Part shown: positions 1 to 12,800 of the stretch, piece after piece | How the letters are laid out: every line of letters begins with the position of its first letter | Numbering within the stretch: position 1 is the stretch's first letter | Origin: Utricularia gibba | Taxonomy: Eukaryota > Plantae > Magnoliophyta | Assembly (NCBI GenBank): GCA_002189035.1 | Contig: NEEC01000424.1 | Coordinates: forward strand, 1 to 21,397 | DNA length: 21,397 nucleotides | Direction of reading: 5' to 3' | The notes under the pieces: generated by a model | Seen by the model: only the letters and a program-made list of their open reading frames with translations | What the model was told of the DNA's origin: nothing | Databases searched by the model: none | Translations under genes and position numbers: made by a program

Positions 1-1594
1 GGCTGCACCCGAATGGTGATGCGCAATGAAATGACTAGGTCGCACATCCTGGTCCACGAAGCACCTCTTCCAAAACATGCAGATCCTAACTCTTCATAGC
101 ACACCATTGGGAAGCCCGATTCGAGCTCCAAGTAGTATAATTTGGAGTTCGTTTGTCCGATAACTGTGGACATATTAAAAACAAACCACAACGAAAAGTG
201 TCTTACGTGCCTTCCTTGTGGCTGCGTTTAATATTGTGCTTCTCGTTCTCGAAATTGATGCAAACAAGATACACGGCAAAAGAATCAAGTAACCACTAGA
301 GACATGTTGTAAGGGAATGGTGCATCAAGAATCAGAAGTATCATAGCAACTAATTGCATCAATCAACTGCCAAAACGTATGGCGTCAAACTTCATCGGAT
401 ATGCGATCAAGATGGAAAAAAGTCACATGTTACATCATGAATTTCGTGGCATCACTTATCCCAACACTGTTATACTCAGGATACGTAAATATTTATTTTT
501 AACAAATCCGGTGCACGTGTGATTTTTAGGCTGCACCCCGAATGGTGATGCGCAATGAAATGACTATGTCGCACATCCTGGTCCACGAAGCACCTCTTCC
601 AAATCATGCAGATCCTAACTCTTCATAGCACACCATTGGGAAGCCCCTATTCGTGCTCCAAGTAGTATAATTTGGAGTTACGTTTGTCCCATAACTTTGG
701 ACATATTAAAAACAAACCACAACGAAAAGTGTCTTACGCGTCCTTCCTTGGTGGCTGCGTTTAATAATTGTGCTTCTCGTTCTCGAAATTGATGCCAAGA
801 TACACGGCAAAAAGAATCAAATAGCCACTAGAGACATGGTGTAAGGGAATGGTGCATCAAGAATCAGAAGTATCATGGCAACTAATTGAATCAATCAACA
901 GCCAAAACATATGTGTCAAACTTCATCGGATATGCGATCAAGATGGAAAAAAGTCACATGTTACATCATGAATTTCGTGGCATCACTTATCCCAACACTA
1001 TTATACAACAGGTACGCAAAAATGTTTACTTTTAACGAATCCAGTGCACGTGTGATTTTTTAGGCTGCACCCCCGAATGGTGATGCGCAATGAAATGACT
1101 ATGTCGCACATCCTGGTCCACGAAACACCTCTTGCAAACATGCAGATCCTAACTCTTCATAGCACACATTGGGAAGCCCTTTTCGAGCTCCAAGTATTAT
1201 AATTTGGAGTTACGTTTGTCCGATAACTGTGGACATATTAAAAACAACCACAACGAAAAGTGTCTTAGGTGTCCTTTCTTGGTGGCTGCGTTTAATAAAT
1301 GTGCTTCTCGTTCTCGAAATTGATGCAAATGGATACACGGCAAAAGAATCAAATAGCCACTAGAGACATGGTGTATGGGAATGGTGCATCAAGAATCAGA
1401 AGTATCATGGCAACTAATTGAATCAATTAACAGCCAAAACATATGGTGTCAAACTTCATCGGATATGCGATCAAGATGGAAAAAAGTCACATGTTACATC
1501 ATGAATTTCGTGGCATCACTTATCCCAACACTATTATACACCAGGTACGCAAAAATGTTTACTTTTAACGAATCCAGTGCACGTGTGATTTTTA
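1..1594. repeat. Higher-order trimer copy 1 (monomer types A-B-C, units 1-3)
   Basis: Unit 1 is type A (GACTAGG, AACCACTAG, CAACTGCC, TGGCGTC, ATTTATTTTTAACAAATCCGG). Unit 2 is type B (CCCTATT, CGTGCTCC, GTTACG, CCCATAA, GATGCCAAG). Unit 3 is type C (GTATGGG, TCATGGC, TTGAATC). Confidence 0.7.
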
Positions 1595-3181
1595 GGCTGC
1601 ACCCGAATGGTGATGCGCAATGAAATGACTAGTCGCACATCCTGGTCCACGAAGCACCTCTTCCAAAACATGCAGATCCTAACTCTTCATAGCACACCAT
1701 TGGAAGCCCGATTCGAGCTCCAAGTAGTATAATTTGGAGTTTCGTTGTCCGATAACTGTGGACATATTAAAAACAAACCACAACGAAAAGTGTCTTACGT
1801 GTCCTTCCTTGGTGGCTGCGTTTAATATTGTGCTTCTCGTTCTCGAAATTGATGCAAACAAGATACACGGCAAAAGAATCAATAACCACTAGAGACATGT
1901 TGTAAGGGAATGGTGCATCAAGAATCAGAAGTATCATAGCAACTAATTGCATCAATCAACTGCCAAAATATGGCGTCAAACTTCATCGGATATGCGATCA
2001 AGATGGAAAAAAGTCACATGTTACATCATGAATTTCGTGGCATCACTTATCCCAACACTTATACTCAGGATATGCGTAAATATTTATTTTTAACAAATCC
2101 GGTGCACGTGTGATTTTTTAGGCTGCACCCCGAATGGTGATGCGCAATGAAATGACTATGTCGCACATCCTGGTCCACGAAGCACCTCTTCCAAAACATG
2201 CAGATCCTAACTCTTCATAGCACACCATTGGGAAGCCCTATTCGTGCTCCAAGTAGTATAATTTGGAGTTACGTTTGTCCCATAACTGTGGACATATTAA
2301 AAACAAACCACAACGAAAAGTGTCTTACGTGTCCTTCCTTGGTGGCTGCGTTTAATAATGTGCTTCTCGTTCTCGAAATTGATGCCAAGATACACGGCAA
2401 AAGAATCAAATAGCCACTAGAGACATGGTGTAAGGGAATGGTGCATCAAGAATCAGAAGTATCATGGCAACTAATTGAATCAATCAACAGCCAAAACATA
2501 TTGTGTCAAACTTCATCGGATATGCGATCAAGATGGAAAAAAGTCACATGTTACATCATGAATTTCGTGGCATCACTTATCCCAACACTATTATACACCA
2601 GGTACGCAAAAATGTTTACTTTTAACGAATCCAGTGCACGTGTGATTTTTAGGCTGCACCCCGAATGGTGATGCGCAATGAAATGACTATGTCGCACATC
2701 CTGGTCCACGAAGCACCTCTTCCAAACATGCAGATCCAACTCTTCATAGCACACCATTGGGAAGCCCGATTCGAGCTCCAAGTAGTATAATTTGGAGTTT
2801 CGTTTGTCCGATAACTGTGGACATATTAAAAACAAACCACAACGAAAAGTGTCTTACGTGTCCTTCCTTGGTGGCTGCGTTTAATAATGTGCTTCTCGTT
2901 CTCGAAATTGATGCAAAGATACACGGCAAAAGAATCAAATAGCCACTAGAGACATGGTGTATGGGAATGGTGCATCAAGAATCAGAAGTATCATGGCAAC
3001 TAATTGAATCAATCAACAGCCAAAACATATTGTGTCAAACTTCATCGGATATGCGATCAAGATGGAAAAAAGTCACATGTTACATCATGAATTTCGTGGC
3101 ATCACTTATCCCAACACTATTATACTCCAGGTACGCAAAAATGTTTACTTTTAACGAATCCAGTGCACGTGTGATTTTTTA
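1595..3181. repeat. Higher-order trimer copy 2 (A-B-C, units 4-6)
   Basis: Unit 4 shares the A diagnostics with unit 1. Unit 5 shares the B diagnostics with unit 2. Unit 6 shares GTATGGG, TCATGGC, TTGAATC and AATAATG with unit 3. Confidence 0.7.
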
Positions 3182-4775
3182 GGCTGCACCCCGAATGGTG
3201 ATGCGCAATGAAATGACTAGGTCGCACATCCTGGTCCACGAAGCACCTCTTCCAAAACATGCAGATCCTAACTCTTCATAGCACACCATTGGGAAGCCCG
3301 ATTCGAGCTCCAAGTAGTATAATTTGGAGTTCGTTTGTCCGATAACTGTGGACATATTAAAAACAAACCACAACGAAAAGTGTCTTACGTGTCCTTCCTT
3401 GGTGGCTGCGTTTAATATTGTGCTTCTCGTTCTCGAAATTGATGCAAACAAGATACACGGCAAAAAGAATCAAGTAACCACTAGAGACATGTGTAAGGGA
3501 ATGGTGCATCAAGAATCAGAAGTATCATAGCAACTAATTGCATCAATCAACTGCCAAAACATATGGCGTCAAACTTCATCGGATATGCGATCAAGATGGA
3601 AAAAAGTCACATGTTACATCATGAATTTCGTGGCATCACTTATCCCAACACTGTTTATACTCAGGTATGCGTAAAATTTATTTTTAACGAATCCAGTGCA
3701 CGTGTGATTTTTAGGCTGCACCCCGAATGGTGATGCGCAATGAAATGACTATGTCGCACATCCTGGTCCACGAAGCACCTCTTCCAAACATGCAGATCCT
3801 AACTCTTCATAGCACACCATTGGGAAGCCCTATTCGAGCTCCAAGTAGTATAATTTGGAGTTACGTTTGTCCCATAACTGTGGACATATTAAAAACAAAC
3901 CACAACGAAAAGTGTCTTACGTGTCCTTCCTTGGTGGCTGCGTTTAATAATGTGCTTCTCGTTCTCGAAATTGATGCAAAGATACACGGCAAAAGAATCA
4001 AATAGCCACTAGAGACATGGTGTAAGGGAATGGTGCATCAAGAATCAGAAGTATCATAGCAACTAATTGCATCAATCAACAGCCAAAACATATGGTGTCA
4101 AACTTCATCGGATATGCGATCAAGATGGAAAAAAGTCACATGTTACATCATGAATTTCGTGGCATCACTTATCCCAACACTATTATACACCAGGTACGCA
4201 AAAATGTTTACTTTTAACGAATCCAGTGCACGTGTGATTTTTAGGCTGCACCCCGAATGGTGATGCGCAATGAAATGACTATGTCGCACATCCTGGTCAC
4301 GAAGCACCTCTTCCAAAACATGCAGATCCTAACTCTTCATAGCACACCATTGGGAAGCCCGATTCGAGCTCCAAGTAGTATAATTTGGAGTTTCGTTTGT
4401 CCGATAACTGTGGACATATTAAAAACAAACCACAACGAAAAGTGTCTTACGTGTCCTTCCTTGGTGGCTGCGTTTAATATTGTGCTTCTCGTTCTCGAAA
4501 TTGATGCAAAAAAGATACACGGCAAAAGAATCAAATAGCCACTAGAGACATGGTGTAAGGGAATGGTGCATCAAGAATCAGAAGTATCATAGCAACTAAT
4601 TGCATCAATCAACAGCCAAAACATATGTGTCAAACTTCATCGGATATGCGATCAAGATGGAAAAAAGTCACATGTTACATCATGAATTTCGTGGCATCAC
4701 TTATCCCAACACTATTATACTCCAGGTACGCAAAAATGTTTACTTTTAACGAATCCAGTGCACGTGTGATTTTTA
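3182..4775. repeat. Higher-order trimer copy 3 (A-B-like-consensus-like, units 7-9)
   Basis: Unit 7 is clearly type A. Unit 8 retains the B markers CCCTATT, GTTACG and CCCATAA. Unit 9 has lost most C markers. Confidence 0.55.
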
Positions 4776-6356
4776 GGCTGCACCCCGAATGGTGATGCGC
4801 AATGAAATGACTAGGTCGCACATCCTGGTCCACGAAGCACCTCTTCCAAAACATGCAGATCCTAACTCTTCATAGCACACCATTGGGAAGCCCGATTCGA
4901 GCTCCAAGTAGTATAATTTGGAGTTCGTTTGTCCGATAACTTGGACATATTAAAAACAAACCACAACGAAAAGTGTCTTACGTGTCCTTCCTTGGTGGCT
5001 GCGTTTAATAATGTGCTTCTCGTTCTCGAAATTGATGCAAAGATACACGGCAAAAGAATCAAATAGCCACTAGAGACATGGTGTAAGGGAATGGTGCATC
5101 AAGAATCAGAAGTATCATAGCAACTAATTGCATCAATCAACAGCCAAAAAATATGTCAAACTTCATCGGATATGCGATCAAGATGGAAAAAAGTCACATG
5201 TTACATCATGAATTTCGTGGCATCACTTATCCCAACACTATTTATACCAGGTATGCAAAATTTTTTTTAACAAATCCGTGCACGTGTGATTTTTAGGCTG
5301 CACCCCGAATGGTGATGCGCAATGAAATGACTATGTCGCACATCCTGGTCCACGAAGCACCTCTTCCAAACATGCAGATCCTAACTCTTCATAGCACACC
5401 ATTGGGAAGCCCGATTCGAGCTCCAAGTAGTATAATTTGGAGTTCGTTTGTCCGATAACTGTGGACATATTAAAAACAAACCACAACGAAAAGTGTCTTA
5501 CGTGTCCTTCCTTGGTGGCTGCGTTTAATATAATGTGCTTCTCGTTCTCGAAATTGATGCCAAGATACACGGCAAAAGAATCAAATAGCCACTAGAGACA
5601 TGGTGTATGGGAATGGTGCATCAAGAATCAGAAGTATCATAGCAACTAATTGCATCAATCAACAGCCAAAACATATGGTGTCAAACTTCATCGGATATGC
5701 GATCAAGATGGAAAAAAGTCACATGTTACATCATGAATTTCGTGGCATCACTTATCCCAACACTATTATACTCCAGGTACGCAAAAATGTTTACTTTTAA
5801 CGAATCCAGTGCACGTGTGATTTTTAGGCTGCACCCCGAATGGTGATGCGCAATGAAATGACTATGTCGCACATCCTGGTCCACGAAGCACCTCTTCCAA
5901 AACATGCAGATCCTAACTCTTCATAGCACACCATTGGGAAGCCCGATTCGAGCTCCAAGTAGTATAATTTGGAGTTTCGTTTGTCCGATAACTGTGGACA
6001 TATTAAAAACAAACCACAACGAAAAGTGTCTTACGTGTCCTTCCTTGGTGGCTGCGTTTAATATTGTGCTTCTCGTTCTCGAAATTGATGCAAAAGATAC
6101 ACGGCAAAAGAATCAAATAGCCACTAGAGACATGGTGTAAGGGAATGGTGCATCAAGAATCAGAAGTATCATAGCAACTAATTGCATCAATCAACAGCCA
6201 AAACATATTGTGTCAAACTTCATCGGATATGCGATCAAGATGGAAAAAAGTCACATGTTACATCATGAATTTCGTGGCATCACTTATCCCAACACTATTA
6301 TACCAGGTACGCAAAAATGTTTACTTTTAACGAATCCAGTGCACGTGTGATTTTTA

Positions 6357-6886
6357 GGCTGCACCCCGAATGGTGATGCGCAATGAAATGACTATGTCGC
6401 ACATCCTGGTCCACGAAGCACCTCTTCCAAAACATGCAGATCCTAACTCTTCATAGCACACCATTGGGAAGCCCGATTCGAGCTCCAAGTAGTATAATTT
6501 GGAGTTCGTTTGTCCGATAACTGTGGACATATTAAAAACAAACCACAACGAAAAGTGTCTTACGTGTCCTTCCTTGGTGGCTGCGTTTAATAATGTGCTT
6601 CTCGTTCTCGAAATTGATGCAAAGATACACGGCAAAAGAATCAAATAGCCACTAGAGACATGGTGTATGGGAATGGTGCATCAAGAATCAGAAGTATCAT
6701 AGCAACTAATTGCATCAATCAACAGCCAAAACATATGGTGTCAAACTTCATCGGATATGCGATCAAGATGGAAAAAAGTCACATGTTACATCATGAATTT
6801 CGTGGCATCACTTATCCCAACACTATTATACTCCAGGTACGCAAAAATGTTTACTTTTAACGAATCCAGTGCACGTGTGATTTTTA
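6357..6886. repeat. Representative consensus-like monomer (unit 13, 530 bp)
   Basis: Hand count gives 103 G + 116 C = 219/530 = 41% GC and 20 CpG. The unit carries the majority allele at most variable sites. Confidence 0.95.
6479..6508. other. Short inverted repeat present once per monomer (CGAGCTCCAA-N10-TTGGAGTTCG), shown for unit 13
   Basis: 10-bp stem with one G.T pair and the loop GTAGTATAAT. The CTCCAA/TTGGAG core is retained across the copies. Function is unknown. Confidence 0.5.
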
Positions 6887-9800
6887 GGCTGCACCCCGAA
6901 TGGTGATGCGCAATGAAATGACTATGTCGCACATCCTGGTCCACGAAGCACCTCTTCCAAAACATGCAGATCCTAACTCTTCATAGCACACCATTGGGAA
7001 GCCCTATTCGAGCTCCAAGTAGTATAATTTGGAGTTCGTTTGTCCGATAACTGTGGACATATTAAAAACAAACCACAACGAAAAGTGTCTTACGTGTCCT
7101 TCCTTGGTGGCTGCGTTTAATAATGTGCTTCTCGTTCTCGAAATTGATGCCAAGATACACGGCAAAAGAATCAAATAGCCACTAGAGACATGGTGTAGGG
7201 AATGGTGCATCAAGAATCAGAAGTATCATAGCAACTAATTGCATCAATCAACAGCCAAAACATATGGTGTCAAACTTCATCGGATATGCGATCAAGATGG
7301 AAAAAAGTCACATGTTACATCATGAATTTCGTGGCATCACTTATCCCAACACTATTATACTCCAGGTACGCAAAAATGTTTACTTTTAACGAATCCAGTG
7401 CACGTGTGATTTTTAGGCTGCACCCCGAATGGTGATGCGCAATGAAATGACTATGTCGCACATCCTGGTCCACGAAGCACCTCTTCCAAAACATGCAGAT
7501 CCTAACTCTTCATAGCACACCATTGGGAAGCCCGATTCGAGCTCCAAGTAGTATAATTTGGAGTTTCGTTTGTCCGATAACTGTGGACATATTAAAAACA
7601 AACCACAACGAAAAGTGTCTTACGTGTCCTTCCTTGGTGGCTGCGTTTAATATGTGCTTCTCGTTCTCGAAATTGATGCAACAAGATACACGGAAAAGAA
7701 TCAAATAGCCACTAGAGACATGGTGTAAGGGAATGGTGCATCAAGAATCAGAAGTATCATAGCAACTAATTGCATCAATCAACAGCCAAAACATATGGTG
7801 TCAAACTTCATCGGATATGCGATCAAGATGGAAAAAAGTCACATGTTACATCATGAATTTCGTGGCATCACTTATCCCAACACTATTATACTCCAGGTAC
7901 GCAAAAATGTTTACTTTTAACGAATCCAGTGCACGTGTGATTTTTAGGCTGCACCCCGAATGGTGATGCGCAATGAAATGACTATGTCGCACATCCTGGT
8001 CCACGAAGCACCTCTTCCAAACATGCAGATCCTAACTCTTCATAGCACACCATTGGGAAGCCCTATTCGAGCTCCAAGTAGTATAATTTGGAGTTACGTT
8101 TGTCCGATAACTGTGGACATATTAAAAACAAACCACAACGAAAAGTGTCTTACGTGTCCTTCCTTGGTGGCTGCGTTTAATAATGTGCTTCTCGTTCTCG
8201 AAATTGATGCAAAGATACACGGCAAAAGAATCAAATAGCCACTAGAGACATGGTGTATGGGAATGGTGCATCAAGAATCAGAAGTATCATAGCAACTAAT
8301 TGCATCAATCAACAGCCAAAACATATGGTGTCAAACTTCATCGGATATGCGATCAAGATGGAAAAAAGTCACATGTTACATCATGAATTTCGTGGCATCA
8401 CTTATCCCAACACTATTATACACCAGGTACGCAAAAATGTTTACTTTTAACGAATCCAGTGCACGTGTGATTTTTTAGGCTGCACCCCGAATGGTGATGC
8501 GCAATGAAATGACTATGTCGCACATCCTGGTCCACGAAGCACCTCTTCCAAAACATGCAGATCCTAACTCTTCATAGCACACCATTGGGAAGCCCGATTC
8601 GAGCTCCAAGTAGTATAATTTGGAGTTTCGTTTGTCCGATAACTGTGGACATATTAAAAACAAACCACAACGAAAAGTGTCTTACGTGTCCTTCCTTGGT
8701 GGCTGCGTTTAATATTGTGCTTCTCGTTCTCGAAATTGATGCAAACAAGATACACGGCAAAAGAATCAAATAGCCACTAGAGACATGGTGTAAGGGAATG
8801 GTGCATCAAGAATCAGAAGTATCATAGCAACTAATTGCATCAATCAACAGCCAAAACATATGGTGTCAAACTTCATCGGATATGCGATCAAGATGGAAAA
8901 AAGTCACATGTTACATCATGAATTTCGTGGCATCACTTATCCCAACACTATTATACTCAGGTACGCAAAAATGTTTACTTTTAACGAATCCAGTGCACGT
9001 GTGATTTTTAGGCTGCACCCCGAATGGTGATGCGCAATGAAATGACTATGTCGCACATCCTGGTCCACGAAGCACCTCTTCCAAACATGCAGATCCTAAC
9101 TCTTCATAGCACACCATTGGGAAGCCCCTATTCGAGCTCCAAGTAGTATAATTTGGAGTTTCGTTTGTCCCATAACTGTGGACATATTAAAAACAAACCA
9201 CAACGAAAAGTGTCTTACGTGTCCTTCCTTGGTGGCTGCGTTTAATATGTGCTTCTCGTTCTCGAAATTGATGCAAAGATACACGGCAAAAGAATCAAAT
9301 AGCCACTAGAGACATGGTGTAAGGGAATGGTGCATCAAGAATCAGAAGTATCATAGCAACTAATTGCATCAATCAACAGCCAAAACATATGGTGTCAAAC
9401 TTCATCGGATATGCGATCAAGATGGAAAAAAGTCACATGTTACATCATGAATTTCGTGGCATCACTTATCCCAACACTATTATACTCAGGTACGCAAAAA
9501 TGTTTACTTTTAACGAATCCAGTGCACGTGTGATTTTTAGGCTGCACCCCGAATGGTGATGCGCAATGAAATGACTATGTCGCACATCCTGGTCCACGAA
9601 GCACCTCTTCCAAACATGCAGATCCTAACTCTTCATAGCACACCATTGGGAAGCCCGATTCGAGCTCCAAGTAGTATAATTTGGAGTTCGTTTGTCCGAT
9701 AACTGTGGACATATTAAAAACAAACCACAACGAAAAGTGTCTTACGTGTCCTTCCTTGGTGGCTGCGTTTAATATTGTGCTTCTCGTTCTCGAAATTGAT

Positions 9801-12800
9801 GCCAAGATACACGGCAAAAGAATCAAATAGCCACTAGAGACATGGTGTATGGGAATGGTGCATCAAGAATCAGAAGTATCATGGCAACTAATTGCATCAA
9901 TCAACAGCCAAAACATATGGTGTCAAACTTCATCGGATATGCGATCAAGATGGAAAAAAGTCACATGTTACATCATGAATTTCGTGGCATCACTTATCCC
10001 AACACTATTATACTCCAGGTACGCAAAAATGTTTACTTTTAACGAATCCAGTGCACGTGTGATTTTTAGGCTGCACCCCGAATGGTGATGCGCAATGAAA
10101 TGACTATGTCGCACATCCTGGTCCACGAAGCACCTCTTCCAAACATGCAGATCCTAACTCTTCATAGCACACCATTGGGAAGCCCGATTCGAGCTCCAAG
10201 TAGTATAATTTGGAGTTTCGTTTGTCCGATAACTGTGGACATATTAAAAACAAACCACAACGAAAAGTGTCTTACGTGTCCTTCCTTGGTGGCTGCGTTT
10301 AATATTGTGCTTCTCGTTCTCGAAATTGATGCAAACAAGATACACGCAAAAGAATCAAATAGCCACTAGAGACATGGTGTATGGGAATGGTGCATCAAGA
10401 ATCAGAAGTATCATGCAACTAATTGCATCAATCAACAGCCAAAACATATGGTGTCAAACTTCATCGGATATGCGATCAAGATGGAAAAAAGTCACATGTT
10501 ACATCATGAATTTCGTGGCATCACTTATCCCAACACTATTATACACCAGGTACGCAAAAATGTTTACTTTTAACGAATCCAGTGCACGTGTGATTTTTTA
10601 GGCTGCACCCCGAATGGTGATGCGCAATGAAATGACTATGTCGCACATCCTGGTCCACGAAGCACCTCTTCCAAAACATGCAGATCCTAACTCTTCATAG
10701 CACACCATTGGGAAGCCCGATTCGAGCTCCAAGTAGTATAATTTGGAGTTCGTTTGTCCGATAACTGTGGACATATTAAAAACAAACCACAACGAAAAGT
10801 GTCTTACGTGTCCTTCCTTGGTGGCTGCGTTTAATATTGTGCTTCTCGTTCTCGAAATTGATGCAAACAAGATACACGGCAAAAGAATCAAATAGCCACT
10901 AGAGACATGGTGTAAGGGAATGGTGCATCAAGAATCAGAAGTATCATAGCAACTAATTGCATCAATCAACAGCCAAAACATATTGTGTCAAACTTCATCG
11001 GATATGCGATCAAGATGGAAAAAAGTCACATGTTACATCATGAATTTCGTGGCATCACTTATCCCAACACTATTATACTCAGGTATGCAAAAATGTTTAC
11101 TTTTAACGAATCCAGTGCACGTGTGATTTTTAGGCTGCACCCCGAATGGTGATGCGCAATGAAATGACTATGTCGCACATCCTGGTCCACGAAGCACCTC
11201 TTCCAAAACATGCAGATCCTAACTCTTCATAGCACACCATTGGGAAGCCCGATTCGAGCTCCAAGTAGTATAATTTGGAGTTTCGTTTGTCCGATAACTG
11301 TGGACATATTAAAAACAAACCACAACGAAAAGTGTCTTACGTGTCCTTCCTTGGTGGCTGCGTTTAATATTGTGCTTCTCGTTCTCGAAATTGATGCAAA
11401 CAAGATACACGGCAAAAGAATCAAATAGCCACTAGAGACATGTGTAAGGGAATGGTGCATCAAGAATCAGAAGTATCATAGCAACTAATTGCATCAATCA
11501 ACAGCCAAAACATATGGTGTCAAACTTCATCGGATATGCGATCAAGATGGAAAAAAGTCACATGTTACATCATGAATTTCGTGGCATCACTTATCCCAAC
11601 ACTATTATACTCCAGGTACGCAAAAATGTTTACTTTTAACGAATCCAGTGCACGTGTGATTTTAGGCTGCACCCCGAATGGTGATGCGCAATGAAATGAC
11701 TATGTCGCACATCCTGGTCCACGAAGCACCTCTTCCAAAACATGCAGATCCTAACTCTTCATAGCACACCATTGGGAAGCCCGATTCGAGCTCCAAGTAG
11801 TATAATTTGGAGTTCGTTTGTCCCATAACTTGGACATATTAAAAACAAACCACAACGAAAAGTGTCTTACGTGTCCTTCCTTGGTGGCTGCGTTTAATAT
11901 TGTGCTTCTCGTTCTCGAAATTGATGCAAAGATACACGGCAAAAGAATCAAATAGCCACTAGAGACATGGTGTAAGGGAATGGTGCATCAAGAATCAGAA
12001 GTATCATAGCAACTAATTGCATCAATCAACAGCCAAAACATATTGTCAAACTTCATCGGATATGCGATCAAGATGGAAAAAAGTCACATGTTACATCATG
12101 AATTTCGTGGCATCACTTATCCCAACACTATTATACTCCAGGTACGCAAAAATGTTTACTTTTAACGAATCCAGTGCACGTGTGATTTTTAGGCTGCACC
12201 CCGAATGGTGATGCGCAATGAAATGACTATGTCGCACATCCTGGTCACGAAGCACCTCTTCCAAAACATGCAGATCCTAACTCTTCATAGCACACCATTG
12301 GGAAGCCCGATTCGAGCTCCAAGTAGTATAATTTGGAGTTTCGTTTGTCCGATAACTGTGGACATATTAAAAACAAACCACAACGAAAAGTGTCTTACGT
12401 GTCCTTCCTTGGTGGCTGCGTTTAATATGTGCTTCTCGTTCTCGAAATTGATGCAAACAAGATACACGGCAAAAGAATCAAATAGCCACTAGAGACATGG
12501 TGTAAGGGAATGGTGCATCAAGAATCAGAAGTATCATAGCAACTAATTGCATCAATCAACAGCCAAAACATATGTGTCAAACTTCATCGGATATGCGATC
12601 AAGATGGAAAAAAGTCACATGTTACATCATGAATTTCGTGGCATCACTTATCCCAACACTATTATACTCCAGGTACGCAAAAATGTTTACTTTTAACGAA
12701 TCCAGTGCACGTGTGATTTTTAGGCTGCACCCCGAATGGTGATGCGCAATGAAATGACTAGTCGCACATCCTGGTCCACGAAGCACCTCTTCCAAAACAT

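Noticed and set aside
6492-6498. TATAAT bacterial -10 box in the hairpin loop
   Set aside because: There is no -35 hexamer at the right spacing, no downstream gene, and the context is not prokaryote-like.
6648-6666. CACTA or Helitron-like terminus (CCACTAGAG)
   Set aside because: There are no terminal inverted repeats, no target-site duplication, no GC-rich hairpin upstream of CTAG and no transposase remnant.
6357-6886. Hammerhead ribozyme, as found in some ~500-bp animal satellites
   Set aside because: No CTGANGA core is present on either strand. The minus-strand candidates read CTGATTC and CTGAGTA.
6881-6890. Telomere-like TTTTAGGC at the monomer junction
   Set aside because: It is a single 6-7-bp match per monomer (TTAGGC, near TTTAGGG), never tandem, and expected by chance.
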